From: Horticoccus luteus
GTDB lineage: Bacteria; Verrucomicrobiota; Verrucomicrobiia; Opitutales; Opitutaceae
Direction of reading: 5' to 3'
Assembly: GCF_019464535.1 (NCBI RefSeq)
Contig: NZ_CP080507.1
Coordinates: 1,350,001-1,382,000, forward strand
Length of the DNA: 32,000 nt
Shown: one piece after another, positions 27,830 to 32,000 of the stretch
Layout: every line of letters begins with the position of its first letter
Position numbering within the stretch: position 1 is the stretch's first letter
Program-made: the position numbers and the translations under genes
Notes under the pieces: model-generated
Told to the model about the DNA's origin: nothing
Database searches by the model: none
What the model saw: the letters and a program-made list of their open reading frames with translations, nothing else

Positions 27830-28524
27830 GCGCGACGGTGGCGTGGGAGGTCCGGATGGATCGCGCCAGCCATGGCCTCGGGGCGGCGCAGGCGCTCGGG
27901 CCCGAGGAAGGCCGTGAGCCGCGCAGCCCATTCGGCGGGATGGCGGCGCAGTTCGTTGAACGGGACTTCCAGCACGTCGAAGGCGGAGTCGGCACGCGCA
28001 GCGGCGAGGCGTTCGGAGGCGCGACGCGCGAGTTGTTCCGCTGCCTCCGCGGGAAGTTCCTTGCCCAGCACCGTCGCTTGCGAGCGGGCTATTTCTTCCG
28101 GATCCCGCGTGACAAAGAGGACGCGATAACGGCGATCGCGCGGCAGATGAGAAAGGGCGTCGGCAGGAAGTTTGAGCGCGTGGTTGGCGGCTTCATCGAT
28201 GAGCCGGGGCGCGACGTGCAGGCGAGCCGCGGGAGCCCATTCGAAATATCCGAGCGGATTGTGGACATCGGGCGGGCGACGACCGTCGGTGAGCACCGGA
28301 TACCCGCCAAAGGCCAGCATGCGTAAGAGCAGGGAAAGCCCGGCGCGGGGCAGGCCGGTGACAATCGTCCACACCGCGTTGGCCGGTATCGCCGGCGATC
28401 CGTCCTTGAACGGGACCGGGGCCTGCCCGGCGCGTCGCGCCGTCCGACTGGAAAGGAAGTTTGCGCGGAGGGCGGCGTAAGTGCGACGGTGGGTCTCGCG
28501 CAGTTCGGCCTGTTCCAATAGCAT
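27826..28524 (-). CDS. sulfotransferase-family protein
   Basis: ORF 27826-28860. ATG 28524 is preferred because it lies 58 nt after the P450-like stop; TTG 28611 is the alternative. PAPS 5'-phosphosulfate-binding loop VTGLPRAGLSLLLRML and RVLFVTRDPEEIARS (3'-PB-like). Confidence 0.7.
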   Translation of the reverse strand: MLLEQAELRETHRRTYAALRANFLSSRTARRAGQAPVPFKDGSPAIPANAVWTIVTGLPRAGLSLLLRMLAFGGYPVLTDGRRPPDVHNPLGYFEWAPAARLHVAPRLIDEAANHALKLPADALSHLPRDRRYRVLFVTRDPEEIARSQATVLGKELPAEAAEQLARRASERLAAARADSAFDVLEVPFNELRRHPAEWAARLTAFLGPERLRRPEAMAGAIHPDLPRHRRA

Positions 28525-28582
28525 ATCCCAGTCGGGCAGTTCGGAAGCTGCGGACCGGCGTCCACGACGCGCGGCGATGAGT

Positions 28583-29632
28583 TCAAGAATGATTCGCGGA
28601 TGAGGGCGCAAGTCGCCGAGTTGGATCGCGGTGCGCGCCGTTTCCGCGATTGGCAGAGGCGAGGAGAGCGCAGACGCGCTGACCGGGAGGCACGTGCACT
28701 CCGCGAATCTCTCTCTCGGCCGTGGCCACGCGTAACGTCGCCTGCACCGGGCTGGTGTAACGCAGCAGCTCCTCCACCGCGGTCTCCGCCCCGACGTCAC
28801 CCTGCCGCCAGCGCGCGGTCTCCTCCGGGTTTTCCAGTAGCGCGAGCAAAGAGCTGCCAAGAAACGTCACCGTGGTCTCCACGCCGACCATGAAGATGAA
28901 ATAAACTCGTGCGGCGAGGTGCCGATCGGAAACCGTCGCCTCGCCGTCTTCCTGGCGAAGCATGCGGGTGAGTCCGTCTTCGCGTGGCCGCGTCCGGCGC
29001 TCGCGAAAGAGCGACTCAAGATGGTCGAGGGCCAAGGCGATCTGCGAGTTGAGCTGGACGTATTCGGTGCGCGAACAATGGCGACGGAACAGGGCGACCA
29101 CCACGCGCTCGCAGCAGTCCATCAGAAACGGCACGTCCGTTCGCGGGACCCCGAGGAATTCGGCCATGAAGTGGAAGGGAAGCAGATCGGCGAAATCCTT
29201 TACGAGATCGAAGCCGCCGCGCGCGCGCGCATCGGCGAACAACTCGGTGACCAGGCGCTCGGCGAGTGCGCCGGATTCGCGCATCGTGCGCTGGCCCAGC
29301 ACCCGCGCAAAATCACGGCGCGCCAATTGATGCCCTTGGCCGCTCTGCAGAAGCACCGTGGCGTCGAGGGCGGATTGGATCGCCGGCAGGTGAGTATTGC
29401 CCGGGCCGGCATGGATCGAGACGGACGCGGCCAGGTCGCAAGGGATGAACGCCGGATCGCGCAGGATCGCCTTCACGTCCGCATGGGTGGAACAGACGAG
29501 TTCGCCATCGAGGAGCGGTTCGCGGTGCACCGGGGCGTGGGCGCGCAGTGCGGCGTAGACCGAAAAAGGATCGCGATAAAAGCCCCAGGACTGGGGATCG
29601 TAGCGCAGCGGAACCGGCGACGAAACGGGCAT
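28583..29632 (-). CDS. cytochrome P450-like protein, C-terminally truncated (no heme-ligand Cys loop); possible pseudogene
   Basis: ORF 28583-29644; ATG 29632. P450 landmarks in order: FYRDPFSVYAALR, LPFHFMAEFLGVP, I-helix MVGVETT, K-helix EELLRY, ASANR. The ORF then ends 20 aa later with no FGxGxHxCxG in any of the three frames down to the sulfotransferase gene. Confidence 0.7.
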   Translation of the reverse strand: MPVSSPVPLRYDPQSWGFYRDPFSVYAALRAHAPVHREPLLDGELVCSTHADVKAILRDPAFIPCDLAASVSIHAGPGNTHLPAIQSALDATVLLQSGQGHQLARRDFARVLGQRTMRESGALAERLVTELFADARARGGFDLVKDFADLLPFHFMAEFLGVPRTDVPFLMDCCERVVVALFRRHCSRTEYVQLNSQIALALDHLESLFRERRTRPREDGLTRMLRQEDGEATVSDRHLAARVYFIFMVGVETTVTFLGSSLLALLENPEETARWRQGDVGAETAVEELLRYTSPVQATLRVATAEREIRGVHVPPGQRVCALLASANRGNGAHRDPTRRLAPSSANHS

Positions 29633-29648
29633 GCGCGAGAACAATGTT

Positions 29649-29662
29649 TTCGTTGCAACGAA
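29649..29662. promoter_or_regulatory. perfect 14-bp palindrome TTCGTTGCAACGAA in the P450-like / DUF1398 divergent region
   Basis: Self-complementary over all 14 bp. Lies 17 nt upstream of the P450-like ATG (29632) and about 120 nt upstream of the DUF1398 ATG. Confidence 0.35.
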
Positions 29663-29784
29663 GGCAAGGGGCGAGTGGCGGCGAAAACGCTATTGGGACG
29701 ACCACACCGCGCGCACGGGCAGATCTGCAAAAAAGCCGTTCGTTTTTGTCACACGGGTGGCGACTAAATTGTCCAACCCAGCGA

Positions 29785-30198
29785 ATGAACATTGATCTTA
29801 TCCAATCAACGGCGGCGCGCGTCCTGGCGGGTGCGGCTAGCTTTCCCGAAGTCGTGCACCACCTTCTCGCGGCCGGCGTCGAGACTTACCACGTGGACTA
29901 CGTGGCGCGGCGAAAAACGTTTTACGCCGGCGGCAGTTCCGAGATCGTGGTGACTCCGATCGATTTCCCGGAACTGCCGGAGATCGCGCCCGACTTCGAC
30001 AAAAATGCAGTGAAGGCGGCAATTGTTGCCAGCCAGCGCGACGGGCAGTCCTACCACGACTTCACGCGCCGCGTGCTGGTGGCGGGCGTGCAGGGATACT
30101 GCGCGTTTTTGCGCGGGAAACGCGTGATCTATTTCGGGCGCCAGGGGGATTTGCACACGGAGTGGTTTCCGGGAGCGCAAGCGGCGTCTCGCCTTTGA
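29785..30198 (+). CDS. DUF1398-family protein
   Basis: ORF 29548-30198; ATG 29785 gives 137 aa. Two-repeat pattern FPEVVHHLLAAGVETYHVDYVARRKTFY and YHDFTRRVLVAGVQGYCAFLRGKRVIYFGRQGDLHTEWFP matches my recollection of DUF1398. Confidence 0.6.
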   Translation: MNIDLIQSTAARVLAGAASFPEVVHHLLAAGVETYHVDYVARRKTFYAGGSSEIVVTPIDFPELPEIAPDFDKNAVKAAIVASQRDGQSYHDFTRRVLVAGVQGYCAFLRGKRVIYFGRQGDLHTEWFPGAQAASRL

Positions 30199-30202
30199 TT
30201 CG

Positions 30203-31090
30203 ATGCGCGGCATGGTTGTTGGAATGCCATCGTCCACGCCGAAGCTGCGTCCGCTTTTGGCGGCCGATCCGCAGGAGGCGGTGTGGGTGGCGGAAGCGAA
30301 GGCGGGAAACTTTGAAGCACTGGACCAACTCTTGCGGCACCACCGGCCTTGGGTGTTCAACCTCGCATTGCGGATGGTCTGGCGACGAGACGTGGCGGAA
30401 GATGCAACCCAGGAAATTCTGATCAAGGCGGTCACCCATCTCGCCTCGTTCGAGGGCCGCAGCGCCTTTCCCACGTGGCTCTATCGAATCGCGGTCAATC
30501 ATCTGCTCAACGTGCGGAAATCGGAAATGGAAGAGTCGCGGATGACGTTTACGGACTTGGAGCGCTCGCTCGACGCGTGCGAAGACGCGGATTTGCCCGA
30601 CGAGTCTTTGCTGCCGATCGGGCACGCGCTGCTCGTGGAGGAGGCGAAGCTCGGGTGCGTGACGGCGATGCTCATGTGTCTCGATCGGCGGCAACGGCTG
30701 GCGTTCGTTTTGGGCGAGATCTTTGGCGTCACGAGCGATGAGGGGGCGGCGGTAATGGAGGTGACGGCGGCGAATTTCCGGCAGTTGCTCGCGCGAGCGC
30801 GGCAGGACCTGTATCAGTTTATGCAGAACAAATGCGGTCTCGTGAACACGGCGAACCCATGTCGCTGCACGAAGAAAGCAGGCGCGTTCATGCGGAATGG
30901 GTGGCTCGATGCGAAGGAGCGTCGGTTCACCGCGCACCGTCTCGCGTCCGTGCGTGACGCGGCGCCGGGACGACTGGAGGAGTTGCAGGAATTACAGCGC
31001 GCTCACGCGGAGATCTATCGCGCCGCGCCGTTCACCGATGCACCGGAGCTACTGGAGCGGGTGCGCCGGGTATTGAGCGCTCAGGCGTGA
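30203..31090 (+). CDS. ECF-type RNA polymerase sigma factor with ~90-aa C-terminal extension
   Basis: 295 aa. Region 2 (DATQEILIKAVTHLASFEGRSAFPTWLYRIAVNHLLN). Region 4 (LDRRQRLAFVLGEIFGVTSDEGAAVMEVTAANFRQLLARARQDL). Then an extension starting KCGLVNTANPCRC (C211-x8-C220-x-C222). Starts 4 nt after the DUF1398 stop. Confidence 0.85.
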   Translation: MRGMVVGMPSSTPKLRPLLAADPQEAVWVAEAKAGNFEALDQLLRHHRPWVFNLALRMVWRRDVAEDATQEILIKAVTHLASFEGRSAFPTWLYRIAVNHLLNVRKSEMEESRMTFTDLERSLDACEDADLPDESLLPIGHALLVEEAKLGCVTAMLMCLDRRQRLAFVLGEIFGVTSDEGAAVMEVTAANFRQLLARARQDLYQFMQNKCGLVNTANPCRCTKKAGAFMRNGWLDAKERRFTAHRLASVRDAAPGRLEELQELQRAHAEIYRAAPFTDAPELLERVRRVLSAQA

Positions 31091-31192
31091 ACGTCGAGTG
31101 CCGAGGCGAAGGATGCGGAGTCCGAACGGCGGCGCACGCGGAACGCAGGAGGTGGTGACAGGCAACGTGACTCGGCGCGCTGGCGCTCCCAG

Positions 31193-31654
31193 TCAGATGT
31201 TTTCCCAGGCGCGAGTGGCGACGGGGTCGCGGCCTTCGTCGTATTCGATGTGGTCGATGATGGTCTCGATGGGTTTGCCTTCGAGACCGCTGTCGTGGAT
31301 GCGCTGGGGCAGGACGGCGGTGCGTTCGTCGCGCCAGCCGAGCTTCAAGATGAAGCGATTCCACATGTGGCACTCCTCGTCGGTGCGGAACGTGCCGTGC
31401 GCATGAGCCCACGCGAGCAATTCCTCGTCGGTGCCGCCGGTGAGCGTGCGGGCGCGCAGCTCGTCGTAGTTGATGCCGAGGAAACGGCAGCAGCGACCAT
31501 CGAGCGTGTAGAACTGTGCCGTGCCGAGATTGGCGACGTAGTCGGCGGGGAGCTGGCCAGCGGCATGCAGGCGGATTTTGTCGAGCATGCGGCCGAAATA
31601 TATCAGGCGGCCGACTTTCGAGTAGACGCTGCGCAAACCAGGAACGTGGGGCAT
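31193..31654 (-). CDS. DUF5069-like protein
   Basis: ORF 31193-31870; ATG 31654 gives 153 aa. VPGLRS...VGRLIYFGRMLDKIRLHAAGQLPADY...DGRCCRFLG...TDEELLAW...WNRF..LGWRD matches my recollection of DUF5069. Confidence 0.55.
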   Translation of the reverse strand: MPHVPGLRSVYSKVGRLIYFGRMLDKIRLHAAGQLPADYVANLGTAQFYTLDGRCCRFLGINYDELRARTLTGGTDEELLAWAHAHGTFRTDEECHMWNRFILKLGWRDERTAVLPQRIHDSGLEGKPIETIIDHIEYDEGRDPVATRAWENI

Positions 31655-31884
31655 GGGGGAGCGGTGTTGAGGGATGCGAAGCAAACGGAACGGAGACGAT
31701 TGAACAAGGCCTTCCGGCGTGCGCGACCGGTGCAGCGAAGTTCTCTTTGCAGCACTATAGCCACTCGCCTTCGGCTCCGCGGTGCGGGCGAGACTACGAA
31801 CCTCGGCCTCGCAGGCATTGAAAACACCGCGTGAATAGAAAAAGCCCTTGCTCGCACACATTGGCGGCATCCAGCATCCAGATA

Positions 31885-32000
31885 ATGATTACTCCCCGCG
31901 TCACCCTGCTTCAGTCTGCGAAGGCCTTTATTGCGAAGTCAGCTAAAGTGGCGGCCGTGATCGCCCCGCTCGCGGTCGCAGTCCTGCCGACCGAGGCCGA
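31885..32000 (+). CDS. possible 5' end of a secreted protein gene running off the window
   Basis: ATG 31885, open to the window end (MITPRVTLLQSAKAFIAKSAKVAAVIAPLAVAVLPTEA...), with a signal-peptide-like hydrophobic stretch. Only 38 codons are visible. Confidence 0.3.
   Translation, partial: MITPRVTLLQSAKAFIAKSAKVAAVIAPLAVAVLPTEA

Noticed and set aside
28380-28740. Frameshift explanation for the missing P450 heme loop, i.e. the Cys loop encoded in another frame or fused to the sulfotransferase ORF that is open back to 28860.
   Set aside because: Hand translation of all three minus-strand frames gave no FGxGxHxCxG-like or L-helix-like sequence. The 112 codons of the sulfotransferase ORF upstream of ATG 28524 are Arg/Cys/Pro-rich out-of-frame P450 sequence.

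Overview
High-GC bacterial chromosomal segment. The gene content and protein motifs look Verrucomicrobiota/Opitutaceae-like, but that is inference only. All calls come from reading the ORF track and hand-folding RNA; no searches were run.

Bases 1-13.6 kb are mostly housekeeping genes on the + strand:
- an unknown 3' gene fragment, then lpxA and pdxA (consecutive ATGA overlaps)
- an IscA/HesB Fe-S carrier and infC
- an Amidase_3 cell-wall amidase coupled to a secreted S1/P1-type nuclease
- hisG, aguB and aguA (agmatine to putrescine), and a lipoprotein
- rpsA, tRNA-Met(CAU) on the minus strand, rpsB-tsf, a DUF983-like zinc-ribbon membrane protein and tRNA-Ser(CGA)

Bases 13.6-32 kb are accessory-like:
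- a 1375-aa multi-PAS/GAF hybrid histidine kinase whose ATG overlaps the stop of a 99-aa KaiB-like gene; no kaiC or kaiA is present in the window
- an APC amino-acid permease, an (alpha/alpha)6 glycosidase-like protein, a VOC/PhnB-like protein and a RibD_C/DHFR-like protein
- a 711-aa secreted beta-propeller glycosidase-like protein and a TPR protein
- a minus-strand operon of a P450-like gene lacking the heme Cys loop, a sulfotransferase and a tandem GNAT
- a DUF1398 gene followed by an ECF sigma factor with a Cys-containing C-terminal extension, a DUF5069-like gene and a partial ORF at the 3' edge

Most interesting observations:
- the orphan kaiB-like gene translationally coupled to the giant hybrid kinase
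- the truncated P450 / sulfotransferase / double-GNAT cassette
- a near-identical hairpin upstream of both rpsA and rpsB
- an initiator-like tRNA with unconventional identity elements
- the extension-bearing ECF sigma with no anti-sigma neighbour

No CRISPR array, IS element, integrase or rRNA was seen.
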